A DNA stretch of 64,000 nucleotides from the human T2T-CHM13v2.0 reference genome, Homo sapiens (GCF_009914755.1 NC_060944.1), one strand, 5' to 3'; positions 1-13,195 are shown, counted from the stretch's first letter. A program made the numbers and translations. Notes: generated by a model from the letters alone, not told the origin.

Positions 1-69
1 CCACTTTTCAGTCAAGTTTTCCTTAAACTTGACCACTATACTTAATGTAGAGAAGTACACCACGGTACT

Positions 70-456
70 TGTATCAGTCTTCTCTGGTTACCACAGCAAA
101 GTACCACAGGCTAAGTGGCTTAAAGCTTAAACAACAGAAGTTTATTCTCTCACAATTCTGGGAGCGGGAAGTCTGAGACAAAAGTGCCAGCAGGGTTATT
201 TTCTTTGGAGGCCTTTCTCCTCGGCTTACAGATGGCTGCCTTCCCCGCATCTTCACGTGGTCCTCCCTCTGTTTCTATTCCTAATTTCCTCTTCTAATAA
301 GGAACAAGTTGTATTGCATTAGGGCCCACCCTCATGAATGCATTTAACTTAATTACCTCTTTAAAGCACTATTGCTAAATACTATTACCTTCTAAATTAC
401 TGGGGGTTAATACTTCAACATATAAATGTTGAGGGGACACAAGTCAGCCCTTAACA
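70..456 (-). mobile_element. MaLR solo LTR (MLT1B/C-like)
   Basis: TG...CA ends; motifs aaagtaccacag..gtggcttaaa..caacagaagtttattctctcaca and gggcccaccctcatga. Confidence 0.85.
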
Positions 457-508
457 GTGTTCCCTCATTACATTACAAAGCCTAGCTTAGGATTTGCTTC
501 TTTATAAG

Positions 509-715
509 GAGTAGCAGTGTATGATTATTTTGCTGTTGGTTTAATATAGAAAAGTAGATTTTTTTCTTTATAATCAATACAATGGTCAATGTGGATAAAA
601 CTGCATAGTCAGAATCATTTCAGAAATACACAATTGCTTTTGCAGAGTGGCTTTAGTACAGAATATGTTGATTTGGCATTATCAGCACTAATTTCTGCAT
701 GCCCCAGGGCACCCA
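509..715 (+). pseudogene. Fossil exon A
   Basis: Acceptor ttgcttctttataag|G at 508/509, donor CCA|gtatgt at 715/716. Encodes IFFFIINTMVNV (cf. CATSPERE IVFLINGVLYI) and, downstream, GIISTNFCM (cf. GISSRKWCW). Confidence 0.55.
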
Positions 716-744
716 GTATGTGTCTTTGTGTATTGCAAGTGCCT

Positions 745-960
745 ATAAGAGTATAGTTATTAAGGTCACAAGCTCTTGGGTCAGAAAGCCAAGCCACAAC
801 ACCAATAACAAGCTGTATAATCCTGCAAGTTATATCATGTCTCTGAGACTTAGTTTCTTCATCTGAATTACAGGAATAATCGCCATGTTTATATCATCTA
901 GTTGCGGTAAGGACTAAATGACAAAATGCACGTAAGGCACCTAACACAATTGTCACATCC
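745..960 (+). mobile_element. MIR SINE
   Basis: Core tctctgagacttagtttcttcatctg...aaatgcacgtaaggcacctaacaca. Confidence 0.65.
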
Positions 961-1260
961 ATTGTTTGTCTAAATGCATTTTGCCATCATTATTAAGTAA
1001 ATAAAATATATAACTTACATGTATGTGATGTAGTGGGAAAAAGCAAGTTAAATAGGCATAATTTACCTATTTACCATAGAATTCCATGCACTAATATAGA
1101 TTGTCACTATAATCTATATTTATATATATAGATTGTCACTATAATCTATGTATAAGAGATTTATACTTTTGTAGCTGTGGCATTTAAACCTACTGATTAA
1201 AATCTAACTTCTATGTATTAGCTATAGAAAAATGAACTTGAGGCATATTTCTCTTTGCAG

Positions 1261-1470
1261 CCAAACACCTACCCCCAGAGAACTATCACAGCAATATTGT
1301 TGTACTAAGACTTACAGTTCTTATTTAGAAAACTGTCTAGATTTGCCAACAGTTAAATAGATTTTCCAACCATCAAAATAATTTTAGAGCAATTTACTTT
1401 CAGTTAAGAACATGCGGGTATCTTTTTCTGCACTATGAAGTCATTGAAGCAAAATCCAAAGCACTGTTTT
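1261..1470 (+). pseudogene. Fossil exon B (3' end uncertain)
   Basis: Acceptor tatttctctttgcag| at 1260. Phase-0 frame reads TITAILLY*DLQFLFRKLSRFANS*IDFPTIKIILE (cf. CATSPERE STFAVWTENEIYLGSILLKFARLVTTTELKNILS). Three TAA stops. Confidence 0.6.
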
Positions 1471-1730
1471 GAAATGGAATAACAAGGTTAGGGGTCAGAG
1501 AGACCCAGATTCAAACTCCAGTGCACTTATTAGCTGAGAGAACCCAGGAAGGTTTATTGGTTTCCCTGTGAATGATAATACTTGCTGTATTGATTTGTCT
1601 TGCTAGTTGGATTTTAACTGGTAACAAGACATAAATCATAATGTTTGATACTACTTACTTCCCTATGGGCCTTAAGTTCACTTTTCAGTGTATTCTTCTT
1701 AATGTTCTGTGAGACTGGTAAATAATGAAG

Positions 1731-1744
1731 TATATATATATATA

Positions 1745-1790
<46 letters not shown>

Positions 1791-1806
1791 TATATATATA
1801 TATATT
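1731..1806. repeat. (TA)n/(TG)/(CA) compound microsatellite
   Basis: Directly visible. Confidence 0.95.
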
Positions 1807-2023
1807 ACTTGAACTTCCTCAATTTTGGAGATTAGGTCATAAACTAATGTGGCATGTAATTTGATACATGTTCCAGCAGGGGAAAATACTGGGATGTAAT
1901 TTAACGAAAGAAACATTTTGAAATGGGAATATTCTCTGAAAATATGGAGTATATCATTACAATTCCTTTTCAGCTTTAGGACTCATAATAAACTGGGCAC
2001 TGTCCAGTTTATGAGCAGCGAGT

Positions 2024-2419
2024 TCCTATAGTTTGAAAGTTTGCGTCCCCTCCAATATTCATGTTGAAACTTAATCGCCGATGCAATAGTATTTAAAGTT
2101 GTGGCCTTTTGAAGGTGATTAGGCAATGAGAACTCCTCCCTCATGAATGTGATTAAGGTCCTTATAAAAGAGATTTCACTCAAGGTTCAGTCTTTTTTGC
2201 CCTTCCTCCTTGGCCCATCTGAGGACACAGCATTCGAAATGCCACCTTGAAACAGAGAGCATCCCTCACCAGACACGGAACCTGTCTACGCCTTGATTTT
2301 GAGCCTCCCAGCCTTCACATCTGTGGAAAATAAATTTCTGTAAATATTTCCCACCTGACAGATCTTTGCTTATAAATTGGCCGGTCTGTTTGTTATAGTA
2401 GCACACATAGACTAAGATA
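2024..2419 (+). mobile_element. MaLR solo LTR (MSTC/MSTD-like)
   Basis: ctatagtttg..gtcccctccaatattcatgttgaaacttaatc start; tttgttatagtagcaca..gactaagata end. Confidence 0.85.
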
Positions 2420-2949
2420 CTAGTTTTTAATTTGGGTACTGCAGCTGATGGAATAACCTGGGTAGAGTCATACCATCTTTTAGGAATCTCACCTTCCTCA
2501 TAAAAAATGAAAGAGACAAGCAGGATGATCCCTGGGGACTAAAGGTAATATTTGTATCCATCATGGAGCTATTGGGAGAACTAAATGATATACATCTCTC
2601 AAATGGATTTGCCAGCCATAATGTGTGATATAGTAATATCAATTTGTGAGTAAGTTGGGTAGAGTGGAAGGAACTTAGGAATGTATACCAGTTTATTCTG
2701 AGAAATTTGTGTTTTGTCTTCTTTGAATGGGAAATGGCTGAAAATTCTTAAATTCCTTCAATGTACCATAAAAAAGTGAAATCCTATATCACTGCCTTTG
2801 GATGTGATACATGACCCATAGTAGGTATTTTCGTAGATGAAAGAATTCCTATCTATGGCATTTATCTTATGTGAAAAGTGGCAATTAAGATAGTAACATA
2901 TTTGCCACTTAACAGATATTTGTTAATGATGAAATAAAGTTTTCCGGAA

Positions 2950-3169
2950 CTCCTGAAATTAATGTCCATAGAGATTTCAAGAAGATGGAATAACCTAACT
3001 AATTAGACAGTATGTTTGTTGGTGTTTAAAGGTGAGACAAGACCACTGAGATTAAAAGATCAGAAAATTCTCCTCACACACCTAATACATTTTCTCTATG
3101 CCACCTGGTACTTCTGTACTCAAATGCTGCTTGATTTTTATATTTATACCCAAGAATTACTGATTTCAG
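2950..3169 (+). pseudogene. Fossil exon C (5' end uncertain)
   Basis: Strong donor CAG|gtaaga at 3169/3170. Encodes FKGETRPLRL (cf. SKINTRDAVKL) and, shifted, LVLLYSNAA*FLYLYPRITDF(R) (cf. TYFLYA...DYPLHLEAQ). Ends in phase 2. Confidence 0.6.
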
Positions 3170-3265
3170 GTAAGAACAGAGGGCTTGAGAGAAGAATTTG
3201 CTCATCACTGCCTGCCATGAATGGGCATAGCTCTGTGAACAGTTATTGTATTTTTTTTTCCTCAG

Positions 3266-3310
3266 GTATATAGAATACTTTATCAAAACCAAAACTCACT
3301 GTTTCTCCAA
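3266..3310 (+). pseudogene. Fossil exon D, 45 nt, phase 2-2
   Basis: tttttttttcctcag| acceptor and CAA|gtgagt donor, 96-nt intron upstream. Open frame [14 protein letters not shown](K) (cf. SIAFTTKDKCPY). Caveat: the 3' end also resembles a hAT MITE terminus. Confidence 0.55.
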
Positions 3311-3351
3311 GTGAGTTCCTTGGAATACTAATAGATGCTATAAAAATGTCA

Positions 3352-3597
3352 TCTAGGTGTGGTGGCTCACATCTGTAATACCAGCACTTTGGAAGGCCGA
3401 AGCAGGAGGATTGCTTGAGGCCAGGAGTTTGAGACCCAAAGCCCTATCTCTTAAAAAAAATATAGGTGGATGCAGTGGTGCATGCCTGCCTATACTCCCA
3501 GCTACTCAGTATAGGCTGAGGCGGGAGGATTTCTTGAGTCCAGAGTTCAAGGCTGCAGTGAACTGTGATTGCACCACTGCACTCCGGCCTGGGTGAC
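3352..3597 (+). mobile_element. AluJ, internally deleted, tail lost
   Basis: Two Alu arms with J-type gaggattgcttgag and ggctgcagtga. Confidence 0.9.
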
Positions 3598-4756
3598 TGG
3601 TCAAATAAGTTTGGGAAATGCTAAGGGTTCCTTTATTGCAGGATTTCTCACAGCTTTTGATGTGTTGGACATGGGTTAGTGTCACTTCTTTCTTTTTTCT
3701 TTAACTATGGGTCTCTTGGTCACAAGCATCTCATAGGATTAATATAAATGTTCTAAAAGCCATTTATTATGAAGTTAACCACACTTAATAAACTAGAACA
3801 CCAGTTTATGAGTGATGCTTGTCTTCACAGTAGTGCAGATCCTATTAAAGATGTTTAGAGAACAGGTTCTTAGGTGATCTAAACCAGAAAGGCCTTTTTC
3901 ATATATCTTGATAATATTAATATAATGTTGAATTTTGTCTTGTATTATATTATGATGTTTTGAATTTTAAAGTTTACTATTTGCATTCTTCCCACCTAAT
4001 TAATTTTTTTAATTTGAGACCTTATGACAGAAAACCATCAGCATTGCCCACATATTACTCAAAACACAAGAATTTCATTTATTCCCATAGCACCTGGAAT
4101 CTATGCTGGCATTTAGACAAGCCTAATGCCTAGTGTACCACTAGAGTGAGATTCTCTGTCCACTCTTAACTATTTCTAGAGCCTATTTTTCTATGGTTTC
4201 ACATCTTATGACTTATATAAAATTGGTACTACTTGGCCTTTGTGGAAGGATTTTAAGTCAAGGTAAACCTTGAATTGAGGTTAGATTAAAAGTGGTAGAA
4301 CTTACTTAGGGAGCAATAACTTTTAATAGTCATAGTTTCTTTTCGGTTCCTGGTGTGTGTGTGCAGAAAGAAAGAAGTCTGATGATTCTCTGGTTCATGG
4401 GAGTTGACTTTTATGCCCTGAAAGTGAGGCTTTGCTTCTGTATCCTCACACTGGGGAACAGCAGTGGTTAAGAGGCTCCACCAGTATTACTCATGTGGTC
4501 ACAATCAAGTTGCTTAACTTCATGTCTTGCTTTCTTCATCCATAAAATGAAGTTAATAGTACTATTTCTCAGGGTTATTGTGAGGACTAAAGGCCATAAC
4601 ATATATTTCATAATAGGGGATCTGTAAGTTGTAGTTACTGTTATCCTTAAAACTATAGGCCATTAGTGCATATGTTTAATAGGCTTGAAGCTGTGCCATT
4701 ATTTGACAAGTTAAACTCTTGGTTGCATCATCCATATTCTCAATGTTTTTCTTTAG

Positions 4757-4873
4757 GTATTTGCATTTGCCATCTATAGTATATAGGCTTCTATCTGGCA
4801 AAGTTTTCACTTTTAATGGTATCTTTAACAATATTTTTCAAAAGCTTTGAGCATCACTCATATTTCAAAAATA
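4757..4873 (+). pseudogene. Fossil exon E (donor at 4818 or 4873)
   Basis: gtttttctttag| acceptor, phase 2 compatible with exon D. YLHLPSIVYRLLSGKVFTF aligns ungapped to CATSPERE NVAHVFYFLDKGEALTV (Y.L..G...T conserved). Confidence 0.65.
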
Positions 4874-5183
4874 GTAAGGTCATGTTAAACTTTTAAATTA
4901 AATCGTTTCTTCCTAGACTATTTCAAGATTTGTAATACCTGGTTAAAATTGTTTAGCAAACACAATTTTTCTTTCTATGAATGTTAATTAAAAATTAAAT
5001 TTGACTCTCTTTAGTTGAAATTAGTCATTTTGTATCTGTGCATGAATTACATTTTCCTTGATTCTTATAGTACCTTAGTATAAATAAATTTAGTAAGAGT
5101 TTAAAAAGAAGTTTCCTTGGTTGAGGTACATACAAACAATATGGGAAATTGAACACCTATTGACTTTATTATTTTTGCCATAG

Positions 5184-5431
5184 ATAAATCTCTACTGTCG
5201 AAAGCAGTAGTTAATGAGACATTTATTTTATTTTATGGGTCTCTGAAACATGCTTCTCTATTAATCAATTTGCTTGCAATTTTGTTTGAAGATTAAAGAT
5301 TCTTTAGAAGGCATTGTCTACATATTATTACTTATGGATACCAGATGAAAATCTAAATAAAATTAATTTAAGATCTCTTATATTAGTTCTGTCCTACACA
5401 TATACCAAAGAATGTGGAATGGCTGAATAAG
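5184..5431 (+). pseudogene. Fossil exon F (acceptor at 5183 or 5291; donor apparently lost)
   Basis: 5308-5430 reads KALSTYYYLWIPDENLNKINLRSLILVLSYTYTKECGMAE* (cf. CATSPERE GLVLVQFRPSEYSKACPIAQK). Confidence 0.65.
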
Positions 5432-6749
5432 GAAAATTAAATTTTAAGTTTACACAATTTTAAAGTCAATAATGCTTTCAAATAAATTATCTATACATAA
5501 TATTGAAAAGGAATAGCTCTTAGAATATCTAAAATAAAAATAGATGATTGAGTGGGATATTTCACATGAGTTGGTGGTTTATAAAACTTTGAGAAAGTAT
5601 GTTAAAGAATAAATTGTGTAAGTAATAGCGAACTAGACTCAGTATTTAATTTTATGCTTAGCTGCTCAAAATTTCATGGTTTGAGTTGAGAATTCTTAAG
5701 TCAAATAATTTATTTGAAGGATACTGTAGAGCATTTGAAATACTGTGAAGGTGTGACTAGAAATCTGTTTTTCCCATTTTAAAAAAAAAACAAATTGTTA
5801 TTCTAGACTATAAAATATAGAAAGTCATAATAGATGGATACTCTTCTCTGTAAATATATTTTCCCCTGATACTTAACTGTACCATGTTATTCTAAATTAT
5901 TCCTGGTAAATGCTTACAACTCTTCCAAGTGTCTGGAAACTCATCAAGCTTCTTTTAATCATGTCCCTCAAATATTCGGCTTGTAATTTACTAATATTCA
6001 TGCCCTGTTTAGATTGTAAACAGAGAAACTACAAAGTTGTAACAGAAAAGTAATATATTGAGCTGAATCATGCCTTACTTTTGTAAGTTGAGCTTGTTTC
6101 TCTGGCAACAAGATGTTAGATAATAAATCATATATCTAAAACCATATAACTACAGAAGTGGGGAGCTGAAAGTTCAGAAGTATCATCTGACTGTGTTGAT
6201 GGCATCTTTACCTCAATTAATAAGGTGTGGCAACGTTCACTCAAGGACAGAAATTCAATCTGTGGTGGATCCAAGGGGATTCAAAATATTTCTTTTAATC
6301 CAACCAAAACATATTGCTTTAATGGCATTAGTTGGTATTAGTTGCATGTGGCAAAAATTTCATGCACTATTAATCCTAGCACTACACTGCAACACTAGAA
6401 TTATGTGTCCTTGGCCTTAAATAAATTATTCGGTTGTATGATTGAGAAGAGAAAAACCAATTATTTTAGAGGCCAGTCCTGAATTATTGCCTTAATAAAG
6501 GTTCAATTTCAAAAAAATGGGAAGTTGCTCAGTCCAGTTGAAAAACAAGGTGGGAAGAGTAACAGCAAGTGAGTCTTTAATTTTGTCAACATCTGATGCT
6601 ACTGTTAACACAAAAAGTTGCTTTGAAAAAAATTCAACTAAATAAGTTGCCTTCGTGGTTTAGTAATTCCAGATATACACAATCGTCTGTTTATTTTCCC
6701 AAAGATCAAACTGTGTTCATCTATATATTTGCATACGTAACATATTAAA

Positions 6750-9460
6750 GTTTTCTCATCTAACATGACACTGTAAGCATGGCCATGATTCTAAATATTT
6801 TTAATATTTATCAGTTGTATAGCTGAATAATAATGCATTGATTGGAAATCATATTAACTACTTACTATTTACTTTTGAGTAGACAATTTCTGTTTTATTT
6901 TTGCTATTATAGGTAAATCTGAAGCAGATATCTCTTCTTCATTTGGCGTTTTTATTCTTTGGTAATGCCTCAAATTGTAATCCTAGCAGTGAGATTACAG
7001 ATCCAAATAGATCTAATTCAATCCATTATCACAGGTTTCTTCCTCATTTCCTCTTCTTTCATGTATATCTGTTTTTGTATAGTGGCAATTTTGATTCCTT
7101 ACTGCATTAATGTATTCACTTCTTTGTCATAGTCTACACAAAATAATTCTAGAATAAAAATACTGTTGCTACTAATACAAGTCCACTAGAGAAAATCCAA
7201 CGTTTCTTTGCAATTATCTTTATTCCTTATTGTATGCTTCACTAAGAATATATACTCCAAGATTATTAAAATTATTTTCTATAGAGTTATATTATTAATT
7301 TGCTATACACTTAGATTTATATATTTATAGTTACGTTCAGTTTTAGAGATTAAAATGCTCTATTGCTTTTATCAATTTTACATTTGGAAAGTATAAAATA
7401 TTCCTTTGCCTCAGCATTCAAAATTATATAAAGAAGAATGCTCAGGGAAGTCACTCTCATCCATATCCTTCCACCCTATTCCTACCCACCTTCTGGTTTT
7501 CCTTACCATGTTTCTGTTTACAAAAATAAGGAAACACACACACAAACCCATACCTAGCTACCCAGTCCTCTCATCTCATTTAATAAAAAGTCCATCTTTC
7601 CCCAGTGAATTGAGACACCAGTTTTTTCAAAATATATGTAAATTGCCTCAGTCTTTCTTACACAAAATGTAACATTCTATCTATGTGCTTTTATAGGTTG
7701 CCTGTTTTACTTAATATAACGTCAATACCTCTTCATATGGGTCATGGGAATCTTTTTCATTCTTTTGTACAGCTGCATATTGCTCCACTATATGGAGGTT
7801 CTGTAGTTTTTTCAGTCTTCTGTGAATGAGCATTTAGGTTGTTTCCATTATTTTTTATTATGCATAAGGCTACAATTTTTTTTTTAAATGCCTTCCTTTA
7901 CATATGCAAAAGTTCAGTTTCAGGATAAATTCCTAGATTTGTTTGTTTTGCTAACATCTTCATAGACTTTTTCTTTGTTTAGATTTTACCATTTTCTACC
8001 CCCCTTGCAGTGTATTACAGAATCTTTATTCACACAGTCTCACCACAAAGTGTATTGTTAAGCTTGTTATTTTTGCCACTTTGACAGGAAATGTGATCAA
8101 TACATTTTAACTTACCTTTTTCTTACCTATGCATGAAACTAAGCCTCCTTTCACATGTTTAAGGACCATGCATGTATATACATACATATATTTCTAAAAC
8201 ATATATAAATATGTATTTATACACACATATATGTCTTAATAAATATATGTCATATGTTTTAATATGTCATAATATATGTCTTAATATACATAAATATGTC
8301 TTAGTCACTTTGGACTTCTATAACAAATTATAAATATGTCTTAGTCACTTTGGGCTTCTGTAACAAATTACCATAGACTGGTGGCTGAAATAAAAACATT
8401 ACCCACAGTTCTGGAGGCTGGGTAGTCCAAGGGCAAGGTGCCAGCAAATCTCATGTCTGCTGAGGGCCCACTTCTTGGTTTGCAGTTGGCTGCATTCTCA
8501 TTGAGTCCTCACATAGGGGAAAGCAGAGAGAGGGAGAGTTGACTCTCTAGTCTCTTTTTCCAAAGACACTAATCCCATTTTGAGGGCTCCACCCTCATGG
8601 CCTAATCACTTCCCAAAGTCCCTACCTCCAACGCCCTATCACGTTGGGGTTTAAGCGTCCATATATGAATTTTGAAGGGAGACAAACATTCACTTAATAG
8701 CACAATGCTCATTTGCATAATTTGCACTTTTTTTTTTTCATCTGGTATTTCGTCCTTTTTTTCTCCCCTTGGTTTTTTTGAGCTCTTTATATATCAGGAG
8801 AATTAGCTCTCTATCGTACCCTAGAGGTGCAAAAATGTTCTCCCGGTTTATTTTTTCCCTTTTGATTTTGCTTTTGGTGTTTTTTTGTTGCTGTTGTTGA
8901 TGTTGTTTCTGCCTTGTAAGTTTTTGTTTTTATTTTTATCTAGTCAATTTATCAATATTTTATCTTATTGCTTTTGGCATTTGAGTCACAGTTAGTAAGT
9001 CTTTATTCATGCCTAGTTTATAAAGAAAATTCACCTATAGCTTCTTTTTTTTTTTCTAGTATGACTTCGTGATTTTCCATTTAGATCTTGGAGCATCTTG
9101 GAGGTTTTTTTTGTTTGTTTGTCATGAGGTATGAACCCAATTTTATTTTTCTAACTTACCGTTCTTTTGTCCCAACACTATTTTTTTCAGACCATCTTTT
9201 GCCCTATCCTGGTATCTAGGTGTTCCAATAACATTTATTTAAAAGTCCAATTGTATATCTCTTTTTATTTGCAATCCAGTTGTGCCAACACCACTTATTT
9301 AAAAGTCTATCTTTTGTACTACTTATCAAAAAGTCCAACTTTTGTCTAGGTGAGTTAAAATACTTACCTTTTTCATATATAATGTTTCCTTCCATGTGTA
9401 CCTGGATCTATTTCTGGAATATTTTTTACTATTTCATTGTTCAGTGTGTCTATTAATGCT
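6750..9460 (-). mobile_element. Fragmented old L1M (L1ME-like)
   Basis: Typical antisense L1 motifs: catttaggttgtttcca, gagctctttatatatcagg, tagtcaatttatcaat. Interrupted by an LTR. Confidence 0.65.
8337..8702 (-). mobile_element. MaLR solo LTR (MLT1A-like)
   Basis: tgtcttagtc..taacaaattaccatagactggtggct..cacagttctggaggctgg..ctaatcccatt..gagggctccaccctcatg. Confidence 0.85.
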
Positions 9461-10429
9461 TACTGAAATACTTTAAATTCAAGTTCTATAAGGGAAAAGT
9501 GGATTCTTATTCTAGAATAACAAAACAATTAGAAATTGGCATTTTTTACCAACCCATTATATCAAATATTACTCTCAATACTATTCTCTGCTTTCCAACA
9601 ACCACCTCCCAAGAAAAAACTATTTTTCCCTAAGACAATTTTTGTTTGTTTCATATATTTTATGTAGGTAGAGAATGCCATTTTCTAGTTTTCAAAACTT
9701 TATTTTTTTTACTTTATTTTTTCAAATTCCTAGAAAATGACAAAATCATTACTAGTTAAACAATTAGCAATATCTTGTAGATTTACCCACAAAGTCCCGA
9801 AAATAAAAATAAGAAAAAAAACCTTTTGGTTATTCTGCCTTATAAACTTTCATTTTTAGAAATCCATGCCATCATATAAGTTGTTTGTTCTATAATTTCT
9901 GAGCTCATTTTATGTAAAAATAACTCCTGTGCATTATTCATGTTGACAGGCCCTTTAAATAGCCATAAAGCCTGTGGGAACAGATTAATGCTGCATCTGC
10001 CCTGTGCTTTTTAAGTCTATCATTTTTATGGAATGGAAATCTTGCATAATGTCAGAAGTTTTCTGACATTGTCAACTGCTTGTGGTGGCATAGGGAAGTA
10101 CCTTAGCTGCACTATGTGGGTGACAATGTCATATTTCCTGATTGGATTTTTATCTGAGGAGGGTGAGAACTGTCAGTTTCACTTCCTCTTAGAAAGATAT
10201 TTTAAGTTGAATAAGTTTTCCTTTAAGTGACTTGTCACAGGTGGCAACTGTCTGAGCCTGTGTATTCTATTCTTTGTGCCAGAATTTTCTTACCACTGAT
10301 TACCAGGCACATAATCACTCTTGCCATTTATGACCTTTGGGAAATGAAAATTAAAATGTTATTAGTCCATGTGGGTAGCAGTGGAATTGGTCTGATGTAA
10401 TGTTTTTAAATTGTTTTTATTTTTTGAAA

Positions 10430-12500
10430 TAAATGATTTTTACATCTACTAAAAAGTAAATTACAACTATTAAAGGTTATCTTATTAAAAAGTATTTCCC
10501 CTTCTCCATTTCTTCTGTTCCCTTCCCCTGAGGCAAGGATTCATAGTACTGCAGTTTCTTGTTTTCGTTTCCCAGAAAACCTGTAAATGATGACATGCTA
10601 TCAAATGCTATTTAAACTTAGCAATTTGTTGCAGAAATTATGCCGTGTCAGCACAAATACAAGTCCTCATTCTTTTTCTAGAGGTTGTAGAGTATTATTT
10701 CATTTTATAGATGTGCCATAATTTATGTACTTAGTCATTTGTTAATAGGCATTTTATTGTTTCCGGTTTTTTGCTGCCTCAAACAATGCTTTGATGTGTA
10801 TATATATGTATATATAAAATATCATCTTTGGGCACAATACAGGTATATTCGAATTTCCTGTTGGTGAAATTGCTAAGTCCAAATATATGTGCATTTTTAA
10901 TTATGAAATGCATTGCCAAATGGCTCAGCGAAGAGATTATATAAATTAATCAATTACACTTCCACCAACAACAATCAAGATTACCTGTTTCTTCATACTC
11001 TTGCCAACACCATGTTTGATTGAATTTTTTTGATCTTTGAAATGTTATAGATGAAAAATTGGGAGCTCTTTATTACTTAAATTTGAATTTCTTCTACTGT
11101 GAGTGGAGAGGAAACTTTTCATATTGTGTTGTTTGTATTTCTAACCATATCCTTTGCCCATTTTCCAATATATAGTTCTTCTCACTGTTTCGTAAGATAT
11201 TTTGATATATTAAGAGCTATCATATACTGGAAATATGATCTCCAGCTTTTAATTTTAATTTGACCTTGTAGAATTATTGCCTTCCAGAATTATGTTTTGT
11301 AGTCAAATTTATTAGTCCCTTTTTAAAAACTGTACTTCCAAACAGAGCACCGCTTGGAATAACTATTCTAAAATAATAAAGATTATTTTGTGATTTCTTC
11401 CAGTGTTTTTATGATTTTAATTTTTATGGTTGTATCTTTGAGCTATCTGGACCTTATTTTATGACAGTGACAAAGGAATCTTTATTAGTCAGGATTAAAG
11501 TAGTCCATGATAACAAACAACTCCCAAATGTCAGTGGAATAACACATCAAAAATACATCTCTTGCTCAAACCATCTGCTGAAGGTCTGCAAAAACATTCC
11601 AAGATAGCTATCCTCAGTGATCTAGGGATGTTTCTGTCTTGAGCTCAACCATCTCAGCAAGAGGCCTTGCATTTGCTGTGGCAGGAGAAAACAGCTAGAG
11701 AATCAAAGAGGATTCCTCAATGCCTCAGCCTAGAAGTGACATGCATCCCTTCTGCTTATTGACCATGTCCAAGTCACATGGCCCAGCCCAATTCAAGGAG
11801 GCTGGGACATACAGATTCCAGTATGCCCAGGGGTGAAAGGAGAACCAGTGATTAGTGAGCTCATAATGTTTACCATAATATCTATTTTATGTTACTCTAG
11901 ATGGCTGCCAGGTCATCTAACATTACTTATTGCATAACCTATTTTTTTCTCATTGATTTGGAATGCTATCTTGGTTATACACTGAAAGCTTCTGTATCTT
12001 TCCATTTTCCCCTGAGATCATTGACTTTTCTATATATTTTTAGACTAGTAATAAAATGTTTTAATTATTGTGGCTTTACAATATATATTACTTGGTATAG
12101 TCCTGCTTTATCAAGTTTTATTTACATTTATATTAATTTTCATTTGAATTTCAGAATCAATTTATATTGTTCTCCTAAAAACCATGTGTATTTTTTATTG
12201 GTATTTCTTTAAGTGATGAGATTAATGTTATAACACTTTATGTCTTTAGCATACTACTTTTATGCAAGCAGAAAATATGTCTTCATTTATATTCAGGTTG
12301 TCTTTTGTATTCCTTAGTAATGTTTTAAGGTCTTTATCATATAGATCTTACAGTTAAAGTTAAGCTTCCGCTGAGTGTTACATCACTTTGATGTTTTAAG
12401 TGGAGCTTTTATTTACATTTCTAACCACCTTTTATTAAATAAAAGGAAACTAATTTTTGACATAATATTATGTATCCATGTACTTCACCGAATCTTTTAA
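10430..12500 (-). mobile_element. Old L1M (L1ME-like) fragment
   Basis: ttacactccaccaaca, ttgccaacac, ttttaattattgtggcttt motifs. Confidence 0.65.
11483..11878 (-). mobile_element. MaLR LTR (MLT1J/K-like) nested in L1M
   Basis: taacaaacaactcccaaatgtcagtgg..gcctagaagtgacatgcatc..agtcacatggccc. Confidence 0.7.
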
Positions 12501-12513
12501 AAAATAGTTTCCA

Positions 12514-12837
<324 letters not shown>

Positions 12838-13195
12838 TCATTTGATTTTTTTCATTTTAACTCATACTCTCTGTAACAATTACAGTGTCACCTCCTTATT
12901 TCTAAATTTTATATCTATTTTTGTCTTTGAATTTAAGTTTATGTATTTTGATGACTTGGTAAAATTCTCATCCCTTTGCAGTTGGGCAAAAATTAATCAG
13001 TGTTGTATATGATATCATTTTATTAGATTCTAAACTCTTTGTGAGTTAGAACTATTTAATTAAATAAAAATAGTTGACATCTCTTATAGGAAAATCACTG
13101 TGTGAAGTCCCAAATGATATAAAAAAAGAAATAAAACATAGTTCTTATGCTCATGATTCTTACCTTTGAAACCCTCCCTCCTCAGCCCCACAAAG

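Noticed and set aside
1614-1916. 100-aa ORF and similar ORFs at 26551-27226
   Set aside because: Products of dinucleotide repeats and Alu sequence.
3298-3730. hAT-Charlie-like MITE split by the AluJ and overlapping the end of exon D
   Set aside because: The resemblance (ggtcaaataagtttgggaaatgct) is suggestive, but I cannot name or bound it. Kept only as a caveat on exon D's 3' end.
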